DNA of 64,000 nucleotides from a virus. The position numbers were made by a program, and so were the translations under genes. The DNA is taken from positions 69,216 to 133,215 of IMG/VR virus record IMGVR_UViG_3300045988_164457. One strand, 5' to 3'. Below are positions 10,745 to 20,738 of this stretch, piece after piece. The notes under the pieces were generated by a model. That model was not told where the DNA came from. It searched no databases and was given only the letters and a program-made list of their open reading frames with translations. Position 1 is the first letter of the stretch; every line of letters begins with the position of its first letter.

Positions 10745-11891
10745 CGCCTAAATCTTTTAATAACTCAGATATCTCATCATCTTCGTTATGGGTTTCGGTA
10801 TTAAACATTTCCTTTGATTCAAGATATTCATTAAAAGGCTTATGCACTTCTCTTGAATACCCTGAAAGCACTGCTAAATAATATTCATTTTTTTCATTTA
10901 CTTCACTCCAGAAGATATGGTCATCTTGTGTATCTTCATATTCCACGGTTTTCTCTTTAATTTCATTTATAATCTTAATTATATCTGCTTTAAGAGAATC
11001 AATATTCTCCTGTTCTAAAGGAAGATATACATAACAATCACTAATGATTATCTTTTCTTTTACGTCATCAGGAAGATTATCAATAGAATTACAAAGGACA
11101 ATATCATCAATATAATCATCAGGATTATATCCTAACTTCTTTAACCACATTTTAGCAATACTGGAAAGTTTACTGCCAATTTGATTTCTTTCAATTTGAC
11201 GTTCTTTCCAAGTTCCGTTTGCTTGTAAATACTTAACATTTACATATTTTAAGAATAAATATCTGATTGAAATATGGTCAAGAGGAATATTAATTTTCTG
11301 CCTTATTCCCTCTGCATATAAATATAACTGTCCACTTTCCTTTTCAAGTTTCTCTCCCTTATAAATTGTAGATGTCTTATAGTCAGTAATTATTATTCTT
11401 TTTTCACCATTTTCATCTTTATAAACTCCACAATTATCTATATATCCCTGAAATATAATATCATCAGTAATTTTGATTGTACAAAACATTTCAAGAAGCA
11501 TATTCAAGTTTGTTGGTTTTGTATGATTTCTAAAGAAATGCCTTATACAGTTCTCATATTTATCAGCAATAACAGAATTTTTATCTTCATCATTTCTATC
11601 ATATTTATATTCAGCAATATTCATAGTCATAAGACTATCTTCATATTCTTCTATCATTTGATTCTGGTGAATAGAACCATTATAATACTTTTCAATAATA
11701 TCATGGCAATATCCACCGCTTACAGCGTAAATAGAATCTCGCCTATCTTCCTTTACATTCTTTATGTATTTAAGAAAATAAGAATAATGGTCAATCTTAT
11801 ATAAATTATATCTTGACCAAGACCACATAAATGGAACTTTATATTTCTTGCATATTGAATTTAATTCTGCTTTTGTTTTTCTTTCAGCCAT
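10737..11891 (-). CDS. PD-(D/E)XK (RecB/Cas4-like) nuclease
   Basis: GYIDN...IITDYKTS core, with an AAGGAG RBS 8 nt upstream of the ATG. Confidence 0.6.
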   Translation of the reverse strand: MAERKTKAELNSICKKYKVPFMWSWSRYNLYKIDHYSYFLKYIKNVKEDRRDSIYAVSGGYCHDIIEKYYNGSIHQNQMIEEYEDSLMTMNIAEYKYDRNDEDKNSVIADKYENCIRHFFRNHTKPTNLNMLLEMFCTIKITDDIIFQGYIDNCGVYKDENGEKRIIITDYKTSTIYKGEKLEKESGQLYLYAEGIRQKINIPLDHISIRYLFLKYVNVKYLQANGTWKERQIERNQIGSKLSSIAKMWLKKLGYNPDDYIDDIVLCNSIDNLPDDVKEKIIISDCYVYLPLEQENIDSLKADIIKIINEIKEKTVEYEDTQDDHIFWSEVNEKNEYYLAVLSGYSREVHKPFNEYLESKEMFNTETHNEDDEISELLKDLGGE

Positions 11892-12931
11892 TTCAGTAAC
11901 TCCTTATGTTCTGTTTCATCATACTTAATTTTATATTTCAGCATAAATTCATATTGTTTATTAGGACGATCAGCAGGACTTTCTTTTTTATCTAAAATTC
12001 CCCACTTATCATAAATATAATAAACGTTTCTTATGTCATAGAATTTTTCACATTCTTTTCGGACTTCATTTTGGCTAACATCTTTATCAAAAGCAATTAT
12101 AATATCAACATTTAGTCCAATAAGAATTTTGACTTGTTCATCAGATAATGTATGTGAGCCTATTGATACGCCTGTACCATCTTTTCGGCTATATCGTTTT
12201 AAAGTTGATTTTTCGCTCTCAAATACTACTACATATCTTTTTTCTTGAATTGTTTGATAATTTTCATAAAGCCCATAAATGTTCATTCCTTTTGAAAAAG
12301 GCTTTATTCCAAAATACTTTGGTATGTCCAAATCATCATAATTTGGAATTGTTGTCCTGCCAACTATTCCAACATATTGATTCTCACTTCCACACCAATA
12401 ATGCCACGGAATAATAATTCGCTTTTTATCATATGAATATCCGATATTGAATTTCTTACAAGCGAAAGGCATTATACCTTCTCTTACCCAAGTTATATAT
12501 GGAAGATTGGTGTATTCTTTTAAAATGCTATCATCATAAATTTCAATATCTTTATTTACAACGCAATAAGTTCTTTTTACTTTCTTAAAGACATCAAGAA
12601 CGTCTGTGATTTTCTGCTTTTGTTTTTCTTTTTTATAATTATAATCTAAATTAAGATATTCGTGAATCATTCTATTTGCTTTACCAAATGAAATATTATT
12701 TAACTTCATTATAAGAACAAATATATCTCCGACAAAACTTAAATCAGATGAATTAACTGTTGTAAATAAATTGTCTTTTTTTACTGTTACCGCAGTTGGA
12801 TTTGTCTTATCGGGCAAAGCTGCACGATATTCAGAATGATATTCTTTAATATCGTGACAGCCTACCTTTTCTAAGACAAGCGAAATTTTGTTATTTTTTA
12901 TTATATATTCCTTTAATTCGTTTGCATTCAC
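11861..12931 (-). CDS. TOPRIM-type DNA primase
   Basis: VVFESEKS (TOPRIM Glu) and IIAFDKDV (DxD). It sits next to the helicase gene. Confidence 0.65.
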   Translation of the reverse strand: MNANELKEYIIKNNKISLVLEKVGCHDIKEYHSEYRAALPDKTNPTAVTVKKDNLFTTVNSSDLSFVGDIFVLIMKLNNISFGKANRMIHEYLNLDYNYKKEKQKQKITDVLDVFKKVKRTYCVVNKDIEIYDDSILKEYTNLPYITWVREGIMPFACKKFNIGYSYDKKRIIIPWHYWCGSENQYVGIVGRTTIPNYDDLDIPKYFGIKPFSKGMNIYGLYENYQTIQEKRYVVVFESEKSTLKRYSRKDGTGVSIGSHTLSDEQVKILIGLNVDIIIAFDKDVSQNEVRKECEKFYDIRNVYYIYDKWGILDKKESPADRPNKQYEFMLKYKIKYDETEHKELLKWLKEKQKQN

Positions 12932-12946
12932 AAAATTTCACTCCTA

Positions 12947-14455
12947 TTAGAAGTCTTGTGTTACATAAGTAATACCAACTTCCTTCATAATATTTCTTGA
13001 CATATCGTGTTCAACAACAATCTGGAACTGATTTGCTGAACCTTCACGATTTTTTACAATAAAGATTATCTGATAATGCTTATCTGGATTAAGTTGAACT
13101 GGTATTTTACTTTTACCATTCTTACCTTCAAGACGGAAAACCTTTAGTGGATTCTTACCTCCCGATTTTTCATCATCAAACAAATCTCTTATCATTATAT
13201 TGGTGCTTGCAACATCGGTTATATTCTTTGCTATACCTGTATTATCTTGTGTATAATATCTTTGCTTTGCTGAACCTTTCGCAAGCTGAAATGTAATTAA
13301 AATATGTACATCTTTATTAGCTTCTTTAATGGTATCTTGAATATCTACCATTGCCTGAGACATCGCCATTGCATTAGCCGAGCTTTCAAAGACTTTACTT
13401 CCTGCATCAGCCTTAAAAGTATCAAGCATAAAATACTTAACACCCATTCCAGCGTATTTTTTTATTATTTTAATTGCTGAATCGGTCTTATATCTTTGGA
13501 AAGGAATAATTGTAATAGTATGATTTTGAGAAATTTCCTTTATCCATCCAGTACATTTTTTTAGCAAAATCCATATATCATCTGAATACTTACCATTACG
13601 AAGTACAAATTTCTGCAAATCTTCTTTAAAAATATTATTTGCACACCAAATAATCATTTCTCTCTGCCATTTGCTAAGACCATCCTCGTTTACCATTATT
13701 ACAATCTTTTCGTTATTTTCAATAATACTTGGTAAAGTAGAACTTCTTGCAAAAGTGGACTTACCTACATTTGAAAGACCACCTACAAGAGTTATATTTC
13801 CATGTAGCTGACCTCCTGTTTCGGCTGTAAGCATTGGCATATTATGATATGGTAAACCTACTGCCTGCCCTTCATTCAAATCGTCAAGTAATTCATCAAT
13901 CTTATAATCAAGAGAATAACTATTGACATCTCCATTAATGTTTACAAATGTATGATTAAGAAAAGTTTCAAGTTCTGAATAAATTTCATCTGCTGACATA
14001 TCAGAATAATCAGACAATTTATCAGACACTGGAAAACCGTATTTAATTAATCGTAATACAACATTCCACTTATTAAGGTCTTGAATGTATCCATCAATAT
14101 TATTTACCTTAACATAACTTGTGGCATCAACAATTTTTTGCCAACCGCCATATTCGTCATATTTTTCTTTTAATTTATCGTGCTTTTCAAGATAAAACCC
14201 TACTGTTATTTCATCAAGCGATGGTTTCTTTTCTTTGACAACTATATCGTGTGCAATCTGATAATATACCTTCCACGCATTTTCAGAAATATCTTCAAGT
14301 TTTACTTCATAATCAAACAGCAATTCGGGGTTTTTATAAAAAATTGAAACAATATTTGCTTCACACGACAATTTATATTCTTTAACCCTTTTGGCTACTT
14401 TTAATTGTTCTTCTTGAAAAGGCGTAAGTTTAGTTTTTTCCTTACCACAGCTCAT
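12947..14455 (-). CDS. DnaB-like replicative helicase
   Basis: Walker A GGLSNVGKSTFA and a RecA-like C-terminal half. Start moved to the ATG at 14455 (AAAGGA RBS), which removes the overlap with the upstream gene; the ORF track starts at 14521. Confidence 0.75.
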   Translation of the reverse strand: MSCGKEKTKLTPFQEEQLKVAKRVKEYKLSCEANIVSIFYKNPELLFDYEVKLEDISENAWKVYYQIAHDIVVKEKKPSLDEITVGFYLEKHDKLKEKYDEYGGWQKIVDATSYVKVNNIDGYIQDLNKWNVVLRLIKYGFPVSDKLSDYSDMSADEIYSELETFLNHTFVNINGDVNSYSLDYKIDELLDDLNEGQAVGLPYHNMPMLTAETGGQLHGNITLVGGLSNVGKSTFARSSTLPSIIENNEKIVIMVNEDGLSKWQREMIIWCANNIFKEDLQKFVLRNGKYSDDIWILLKKCTGWIKEISQNHTITIIPFQRYKTDSAIKIIKKYAGMGVKYFMLDTFKADAGSKVFESSANAMAMSQAMVDIQDTIKEANKDVHILITFQLAKGSAKQRYYTQDNTGIAKNITDVASTNIMIRDLFDDEKSGGKNPLKVFRLEGKNGKSKIPVQLNPDKHYQIIFIVKNREGSANQFQIVVEHDMSRNIMKEVGITYVTQDF

Positions 14456-14894
14456 TAAACTTATCCTTTGCTTCTGTTGTTTCTGACTTATATTCTGCTT
14501 TATCATTTGTATGGCTTTCAAAAGAAAGTTTATTTATTTCCTGTGTAGCCTTTTCACGTTCTTTCATCTTGATAACGACATTATTTATTTCTTGTTCAAT
14601 AAACATCATAATCAGATTTATTTTATGTCGTTCATCAGTGATCTTAGCAGAATTGTTGTAAAAATAATTCTTTATTTTAGGACTACACAATTTACTTGCT
14701 ATAAGAATTTGCTCATATGTATAAGAAGCATTGGGGTTTTGACGTTTATTTGATATAAAATTTCCTTCTGCAAGTCCTTTAAATCTCAATGCAAGAAACT
14801 TTGGAAATTTCATATCAGAAGAATAACCAAGTAATTCATACTTAGCATAATCACATAACATATGCCAATCATTTTTTTCTTTTTCAGTCATCAA
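14442..14894 (-). CDS. hypothetical protein (position suggests helicase-loader/replication accessory)
   Basis: 150-aa ORF immediately upstream of the helicase. No motif recognised. Confidence 0.5.
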   Translation of the reverse strand: MMTEKEKNDWHMLCDYAKYELLGYSSDMKFPKFLALRFKGLAEGNFISNKRQNPNASYTYEQILIASKLCSPKIKNYFYNNSAKITDERHKINLIMMFIEQEINNVVIKMKEREKATQEINKLSFESHTNDKAEYKSETTEAKDKFNELW

Positions 14895-14974
14895 TTCACC
14901 GCCTGTACCAAACCTGTACCAAATAAGAGGACAGAACTAATTCCTCTGCCCTCTGTCTAAACTCAATACGACTT

Positions 14975-15967
14975 TTACCTCAGAGACTTTGTAAGATCAA
15001 GAAGTTCCTTGAGTACGTCTGGGTCTTCTGCTGTCATATTCTTTACATTCAGATTATTTTCCTTGATAAAGGTGTTAATCTGCTTAATAGCACTTGTGTT
15101 TTTATTATCAGTAATTGACTTCATAATTGATTTCCATTCAATAACAATAGCTTCTGCTTTATCGTCCTTATCAATCATATCCTCAGTTGACTTATCAAGA
15201 TCATTACGATAAGAAGTCTTAAGGGTATCAAGCTTGGAAATACCATCAAAGAAATCCTTCCACATATCATAACAAGGATTTTCGATAACGCTGCCTACCT
15301 TAGTAACTCCTGTTCTATCCTTAATTACTTCTGCATAATAAGTACAACCATCGTCATCCTTGTTCTTCTTTTTAAAGAAGCGAAGCACAACATCATAGTC
15401 AAAACCTACACTCTTATGCATATCAGGCTTATATCCGATTACCTTTTCGCCCTTATCATCCTTAATTTCTACCTGCTGTGCAATAGAAACAATGTGCATA
15501 CCCTTTGATGAAAGGTCAATCTTTGCCTGCTGGAACTTCATATTGATAAGCTTAATTCTGCCCCACTGTTTAACAGAAATACCAGCATCATCAATATCTC
15601 CACCCTTGCGTCTCGCTCTGCGTTCTTCTACTTCAAGAGCTGAAATCTGCATAGTAGAATAAAACTTTGTTTCAGAGTCGATTGAAAGAGTGCTGATTTT
15701 GCCTTCATACTCACCATCAAGAAAAGCATCAAGGTCTTCTTCGAGAGTATCAAGGTCGGATGTGTTATCTACAAGCTTTAAATTATTATATGTCTTACCA
15801 TTATTAAGGGTAATAGCTTTGCCTTCATAAAAGCCAATACCTGCCTCACTGTCAATGCAAGCTACATTAGGGAAAGTCAACTGAAACCATGACTTTCCAG
15901 AGCCTGTTTCACCATATGCGAGGAACTTGCCACCTATTTTATTTGCTTTCGCTTCTCTAAATCCCAT
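14975..15967 (-). CDS. RecA-fold ATPase (AAA_24/Sak4-like)
   Basis: P-loop AYGETGSGKSW close to the N-terminus, in a replication/recombination context. Confidence 0.6.
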   Translation of the reverse strand: MGFREAKANKIGGKFLAYGETGSGKSWFQLTFPNVACIDSEAGIGFYEGKAITLNNGKTYNNLKLVDNTSDLDTLEEDLDAFLDGEYEGKISTLSIDSETKFYSTMQISALEVEERRARRKGGDIDDAGISVKQWGRIKLINMKFQQAKIDLSSKGMHIVSIAQQVEIKDDKGEKVIGYKPDMHKSVGFDYDVVLRFFKKKNKDDDGCTYYAEVIKDRTGVTKVGSVIENPCYDMWKDFFDGISKLDTLKTSYRNDLDKSTEDMIDKDDKAEAIVIEWKSIMKSITDNKNTSAIKQINTFIKENNLNVKNMTAEDPDVLKELLDLTKSLR

Positions 15968-15990
15968 ATTATGTACCTACCTTTCTCAAA

Positions 15991-17199
15991 TTACGCAAGA
16001 TCGTTAAGAAGATTAAGAAGATCATCATCCTCATCTTCAGTATCAGTTGTTACGCCTGTATCATCTGTTGTTTCTTCTGCTTCTGCATCATCAAGATTAA
16101 GGGTTGCAAGATATGCTTCAAAGAACGAAAGATCATTAGGTTTATATTTCTTAGTATCACGAGATGCTGTAGGCTTTCTTGTTTCTCCTTCTCCAACATA
16201 TGTAATAGCAGGCTTTGTAATAATCATTCTCTTTTCTTTGCTTGTATTTCCAACAGCACACTTAGCAAGTGCTTCTTCCTCAGTATAAAGATCAAGTTCA
16301 ATAAGTTCCTTAATATCATCAGGAATATCATCTGCTGTAATATTAACTATTGAACCTCCTTCAACAAGATTACCTTCGACAGTAATTTCAATTATCTCAT
16401 TCTTCTTTGCCTTGTAAAGCTTTGCAATTTGTCTTGCCGTCAGTTCGGGATTTTCATTTATTTCAAGTTCATATGTAACAGGGATTGTAAAATTCTGCTT
16501 GACCTCTATCTTTTTACCGTTAATCTTTGGCTTACCGATATAATCAATAACATATGCAGAAACAGGAATTGTATTCTTTGTCTTATCAGGCTTTCCAATG
16601 CTTCCATCATCAAGAAGAATTGTTTGTGTAAATGTTGCCTTATACTTATCAGGCTCGCACTTAGAAAGAACAAAACTTGTTATCTTCTTCTTAATATAAA
16701 CTCTTTCGCCATCAGTTTCATATATGATATTTCCCTTAACATTTACAACTGTTTCATCTGTAAGATGTTCATTAAGATATTCAACAGCATCATAAGCAGT
16801 AATAAAGCTCTTATAAAATGTATTACCCTTTTCATCCTTTTCAATACCAACAGTAATAAAATCACCTCTTGCTATTGTTTCAAGAATATCCTTATCATTT
16901 CTATCTTCCCAATCAATAGTAAATTTATTATCATAATCGTCAACAGTCTTATTATTTTCATCCTGCTTAACACCATGAACATTAATCTTATTTTCTTTAT
17001 TTGGGAAATATCCACTTGACATTTCTACAAATACTATATTTCCATTTCCACAGTCAATGCCAATATTCATTATATTGGAAGTCCAACCACTATCATATGT
17101 ATGGTCAAGATCAAAAGTATAATCATTTACCTTTGCTTTGCCAATAAGATTAAAAGTTGCCTTACCCTTTTTAAGTGCAGTAGTGTTCTTTTCTGCCAT
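15991..17199 (-). CDS. putative ssDNA-binding protein
   Basis: 402-aa ORF with a strongly acidic C-terminal tail (TDTEDEDDDLLNLLNDLA), as in SSB tails. The function is inferred only. Confidence 0.4.
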   Translation of the reverse strand: MAEKNTTALKKGKATFNLIGKAKVNDYTFDLDHTYDSGWTSNIMNIGIDCGNGNIVFVEMSSGYFPNKENKINVHGVKQDENNKTVDDYDNKFTIDWEDRNDKDILETIARGDFITVGIEKDEKGNTFYKSFITAYDAVEYLNEHLTDETVVNVKGNIIYETDGERVYIKKKITSFVLSKCEPDKYKATFTQTILLDDGSIGKPDKTKNTIPVSAYVIDYIGKPKINGKKIEVKQNFTIPVTYELEINENPELTARQIAKLYKAKKNEIIEITVEGNLVEGGSIVNITADDIPDDIKELIELDLYTEEEALAKCAVGNTSKEKRMIITKPAITYVGEGETRKPTASRDTKKYKPNDLSFFEAYLATLNLDDAEAEETTDDTGVTTDTEDEDDDLLNLLNDLA

Positions 17200-17249
17200 A
17201 AATTCAAAATCCTTTCAATATGTATAATTTAATAATTTTAACGCTTATA

Positions 17250-17268
17250 TTATTATTTACTCACAATT
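17250..17268. promoter_or_regulatory. 19-bp box variant TTATTATTTACTCACAATT
   Basis: Matches the 3267 box at 17 of 19 positions. Intergenic. Confidence 0.35.
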
Positions 17269-17328
17269 TTAAAATTCAATAAAATCTTGGTTTAGTTGCG
17301 TTCTGTCTCTCGCCCTATAACCCATAAC

Positions 17329-17598
17329 TCAATTCCCTCCTCGGTAAAATATGGGTGTCATTATTGTATAGCCACAATCTTCGCAAGAGTAATAATATTC
17401 ATCACTACTATTCTTAATGTGAGAAGAACTTACAAATTTATAATGACCGCCACATTCAGAACAAATGCCGTTATTATATTCTTCTTCGGACTGATTTGTT
17501 TCAATCATTCCACAAATGATACCTAATGCTATCGGAATAATAAAGAAAAACAAAATAACGTTTATAATCTCCTTTATTAGTTCTTTAGCATTACCCAT
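17329..17598 (-). CDS. small membrane protein with CxxC...CxxC zinc ribbon
   Basis: TM segment followed by CSECGG...CEDCGY. Confidence 0.5.
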   Translation of the reverse strand: MGNAKELIKEIINVILFFFIIPIALGIICGMIETNQSEEEYNNGICSECGGHYKFVSSSHIKNSSDEYYYSCEDCGYTIMTPIFYRGGN

Positions 17599-17923
17599 AA
17601 ATTCTATTTATTCCATATTCAACAGCACACTGGTGTTCTATCTTACAACCTCTTGCCGTATCCCAACCAAAGCAGAAATAAGCAACGTCAGCATCTGCAA
17701 GAAGTTCAACAGCCTTAGAAAGATACTTTAAAGGAATACTCCCACCTGTTGGGTTATAGTCCTCAAAATAACTATCAATAATCTCAACTTCTCTGTTAGG
17801 GAAAATCTTCTTGACCTTATCAATAGCAAGATTTCTTTCTGTAAGAATTTCTTCCTCTGTCTTATCTCTCATTACCTGAGAAATAAATACCTTAATTGGC
17901 TTTGTCTCAGCCATTTTGACCAC
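17591..17923 (-). CDS. nucleoside 2-deoxyribosyltransferase-like (DUF4406-like) protein
   Basis: KVFISQ...ADADVAYFCFGWDTARGCKIEHQCAVEYGI pattern. Confidence 0.5.
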   Translation of the reverse strand: MVKMAETKPIKVFISQVMRDKTEEEILTERNLAIDKVKKIFPNREVEIIDSYFEDYNPTGGSIPLKYLSKAVELLADADVAYFCFGWDTARGCKIEHQCAVEYGINRIYG

Positions 17924-17943
17924 TCCTTTTACAAAATAAAAAT

Positions 17944-17967
17944 ATCTATATAAACGTCCTTTCGGAC
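17944..17967 (-). terminator. short GC hairpin plus TTTATATAGAT (tandem terminator copy 2)
   Basis: Minus sense reads gtcc-gaaa-ggac followed by tttatatagat. Same design as 17982-18005. Confidence 0.45.
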
Positions 17968-17981
17968 GGAATTAAGATGAA

Positions 17982-18005
17982 ATCTATATAAACAGCTTAG
18001 AGCTG
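17982..18005 (-). terminator. short GC hairpin plus TTTATATAGAT (tandem terminator copy 1)
   Basis: Minus sense reads cagct-ctaa-gctg followed by tttatatagat. Confidence 0.45.
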
Positions 18006-18016
18006 ATTAATAATAT

Positions 18017-18766
18017 TTAATAATCTGATGATTCAAATAAATCACCAATCATATCAGGATTGTTTGTTTTATTTCCCATTATTTCAAAATGCCTACACAT
18101 TTTAGGATTAAGATAATATAATTCATCACGATTAAGCAATACAAAACATTTCTCACTGCTCTCATATGTCACAACACCTTTTATATCACAATATGAAGAA
18201 TTACTCATTCCATATAGTATGTCTCCTTCTTGAATCTTTATATTATAAGTATCATAACATTTTGTAAGATTATTGACTTTTTCATTGCTTTGTTTTTTAT
18301 ATCTATATCTATATCTATCTCTATTTACAGACCTAAACATCATAAGCAACATTTCTGAGATAGGACGTTCTCGATCGAAGCGTTTAGCCTTTTTAATAAT
18401 TTTCATTACTTCATTATCATCGAGTATCATAACACCAATTTTATAAGGAATTTCATCTTTAACTTTTTCATAAACTTGATTGAGCATAACATAGTAATTA
18501 TAATCGCCAATAAAATTATGCCCATTCTTAGAATAAAAATCCTCTACAGATGATTTTATTTCATAACAATAAAAATCACCTTTTTCTATTCCCGAAATAG
18601 TGTTATTTACGGGGACAAATCGCATATAATCCACTCTGATTTGATTAAGTGTTCCATAGTCAAATGTAACTTCTTTAGACCAATAAATACGAGGGTCATT
18701 CTTAGGATTTATGTAATGTTCTAATGCTTTAAATAAAAGTTGTGTTATCTCTTTTCTATCAGACAC
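18017..18766 (-). CDS. PD-(D/E)XK-fold protein (MmcB-like)
   Basis: VDYMRF...CYEIKSSVEDF forms a D...ExK...DF pattern. Start set at the GTG 5 nt after GGGAGGTGA; the ORF track starts at 18784. Confidence 0.5.
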   Translation of the reverse strand: MSDRKEITQLLFKALEHYINPKNDPRIYWSKEVTFDYGTLNQIRVDYMRFVPVNNTISGIEKGDFYCYEIKSSVEDFYSKNGHNFIGDYNYYVMLNQVYEKVKDEIPYKIGVMILDDNEVMKIIKKAKRFDRERPISEMLLMMFRSVNRDRYRYRYKKQSNEKVNNLTKCYDTYNIKIQEGDILYGMSNSSYCDIKGVVTYESSEKCFVLLNRDELYYLNPKMCRHFEIMGNKTNNPDMIGDLFESSDY

Positions 18767-18804
18767 ATTTTCACCTCCCACCACAAAACATTTCTTTTAT
18801 TGTA

Positions 18805-19314
18805 TTATGCATTTTCCATCATAAATTTCTCTCGGTTAAGAATTTCACAAGCTTTTTCTGCCGCTTCTTCGGTGAAATAAACAACTAAATAACTATACGT
18901 ATAACACTGTACGTATATAAAACGCTTACTTACATTGTCATAAACCACAACCCATTTACATTCATCTTCATCCCCCCAATTAGGAAAATAATCAGGACAC
19001 AACAGCTCGTGAAGCTGCATTAATTTATTTTGAACTTTGAGAACGTTGTTACTATACCATTCGAGATGTTTTTGTGTTTTGTTATTTAATTGATATACAT
19101 TGTTGAAATCCATTCTCTGTTTTTCTACTAACGCATCTTCCAAATATGTATTACAAACACAGCCAAACGAATCAATGTAGTTATACGCTTCATAATGCTT
19201 AGGTATCCATATAGTTTCATTCTTTTCAGCAAGTTCAACCTTGAGCTTTTCAATTTCTTCCGTCATTGCTTTACAGTTGGCTTCAAGTTCTGCAATTCTT
19301 TCTTCTGGTGTCAT
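18805..19314 (-). CDS. hypothetical protein (N-terminal coiled coil)
   Basis: 169-aa ORF. Confidence 0.55.
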   Translation of the reverse strand: MTPEERIAELEANCKAMTEEIEKLKVELAEKNETIWIPKHYEAYNYIDSFGCVCNTYLEDALVEKQRMDFNNVYQLNNKTQKHLEWYSNNVLKVQNKLMQLHELLCPDYFPNWGDEDECKWVVVYDNVSKRFIYVQCYTYSYLVVYFTEEAAEKACEILNREKFMMENA

Positions 19315-19330
19315 TATTAATTACCTCCGT

Positions 19331-19678
19331 TTAAAATGAAATATTTTCAGGATTATAAATTTGCTGAAGTTTATAGAAAACATCACAGCTTTCTATTAAA
19401 GCTCTACTATAATCATTATGATAAGTAGTTAAAATCACCTTACAGCCATCATAAAAAGGTACAATTCGCTTACATTTCCAAAGTTTTTTATTGTCATCAT
19501 ATTTTATTTTAAACCAATGACCGTTTTTATCGAAAGGACTATTAAGTGTTCTTACAGCATATTCAATATCTTCGTCATCTTCATTATTTGTGTTGCTACT
19601 CATTTTAATTATTTTTAGGGTGTCATCTAATTCAAAATGAGTCCAATCACTATCAATATGAATATCAATCTCTATCAT
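19331..19678 (-). CDS. hypothetical protein
   Basis: 115-aa ORF. Confidence 0.55.
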   Translation of the reverse strand: MIEIDIHIDSDWTHFELDDTLKIIKMSSNTNNEDDEDIEYAVRTLNSPFDKNGHWFKIKYDDNKKLWKCKRIVPFYDGCKVILTTYHNDYSRALIESCDVFYKLQQIYNPENISF

Positions 19679-19690
19679 TTATTCACTTCC

Positions 19691-19852
19691 TTATTTATTA
19701 TTCTTTATTCCTTTCAAAAGTCTATATTGTCTTTCAGAGCAATAACCACCCTTATACAAACGTTCTAAATTAATTGTATTGCGTAATACTTTAGTCTGAA
19801 AAAGATACCACGGAACAAATGTTAAACGTTCTAAAAGTTGCTTTGTCTTCAT
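19691..19852 (-). CDS. hypothetical small protein (53 aa, below ORF-track cutoff)
   Basis: ATG preceded by AGGTGA. Fills an otherwise empty gap in the operon. Confidence 0.4.
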   Translation of the reverse strand: MKTKQLLERLTFVPWYLFQTKVLRNTINLERLYKGGYCSERQYRLLKGIKNNK

Positions 19853-19883
19853 TTATTATCACCTACACAAAATCAGAATTTTA

Positions 19884-20147
19884 TTAAGTTCTTTCCCATT
19901 CATCATATGTAAACTTACCAACAACATAAGCAGTAGGTTCATCTATACCAAAAGCATTGAAGATACTCTTCATCTTTTCCTTATCTGTTACATCTACTGC
20001 AAAACTATCACACAGACAGGTCGCAAGTGTTTTGCCACGCTTTGTATTTGTCTTGACTAAATCCCCAGCTTTGAGCGTTTTGTCTTCAGGAACAAGGAAT
20101 ACATATTTTGCTCCACAGTTTTCGTGTTTTACTATTACAACGTTCAT
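19884..20147 (-). CDS. hypothetical protein
   Basis: 87-aa ORF. Confidence 0.55.
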   Translation of the reverse strand: MNVVIVKHENCGAKYVFLVPEDKTLKAGDLVKTNTKRGKTLATCLCDSFAVDVTDKEKMKSIFNAFGIDEPTAYVVGKFTYDEWERT

Positions 20148-20203
20148 TATTCGTCACCTCTCAATAACCAATCTATACTTGTGGCTTCCGTATCCTTATA
20201 AGA

Positions 20204-20234
20204 ATTTCAACTCACACACCCGTGAGGGTGTGAC
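20204..20234 (-). CRISPR. solitary CRISPR-repeat-like unit C (type I-C-like architecture)
   Basis: Minus sense reads GTCACACCCTCACGGGTGTGTGAGTTGAAAT: a 7-bp stem, 4-nt loop and 11-nt tail TGAGTTGAAAT identical to units A and B. Confidence 0.6.
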
Positions 20235-20417
20235 TCTCAACTTTAGCATCAGGCGTTCCGCAAAAATAACAGATAAGACAACATGCTATTGAAAGAAGAA
20301 CACTTTGCAATTCACGCAAAAATGAAAGAGTGAGCGTATTGTATGAGGGTAAGCTTAACGAGATCAATATTTATATGGGTATTGACACAATATTGCATAG
20401 TATCGTCTTATCTGTTT

Positions 20418-20502
20418 TGGTACTCCCAGACGGATTCCAACCGTCACACCTTTCGGTACTTGATTTTGAGTCAAGCGTGTCTTGCAATTTCACCATAGGA
20501 GC
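20418..20502 (-). tRNA. tRNA-Leu (anticodon CAA), class II with long variable arm
   Basis: Hand-folded cloverleaf of 85 nt with encoded CCA. The T-loop is TTGGAAT and the D-loop lacks GG. Confidence 0.8.
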
Positions 20503-20661
20503 AGATGAGTGCCTGATTATCCTCACAGGCTTTTGGGCGGTTCATTCTAAAGTTTATCCTCATCCGCTAAAACCACAAAGTCGCTATCCGTCTCGTGAAC
20601 TACTCGCCTACTCTTGTTCTACAAACAACCCTAATGTTGCTGTTTTCTCCAATTTCAGATT

Positions 20662-20738
20662 TGGTCTCCCAAGTGGAACTCGAATCCACACTGTCAGAAT
20701 TTTAAGTTCTGTGTCTCTGCCGATTGGACTATTGGGAG
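20662..20738 (-). tRNA. tRNA with anticodon TAA but class I (short variable loop) structure
   Basis: Hand-folded, 77 nt: acceptor CTCCCAA/TTGGGAG, anticodon loop CTTAAAA, T-loop TTCGAGT, A73 and CCA encoded. Confidence 0.7.

Noticed and set aside
20662-20738. Ochre-suppressor tRNA
   Set aside because: The anticodon is 5'-TAA-3', which pairs with the UUA Leu codon. An ochre suppressor would need 5'-TTA-3'. ORFs in the window also terminate normally at TAA, TAG and TGA.
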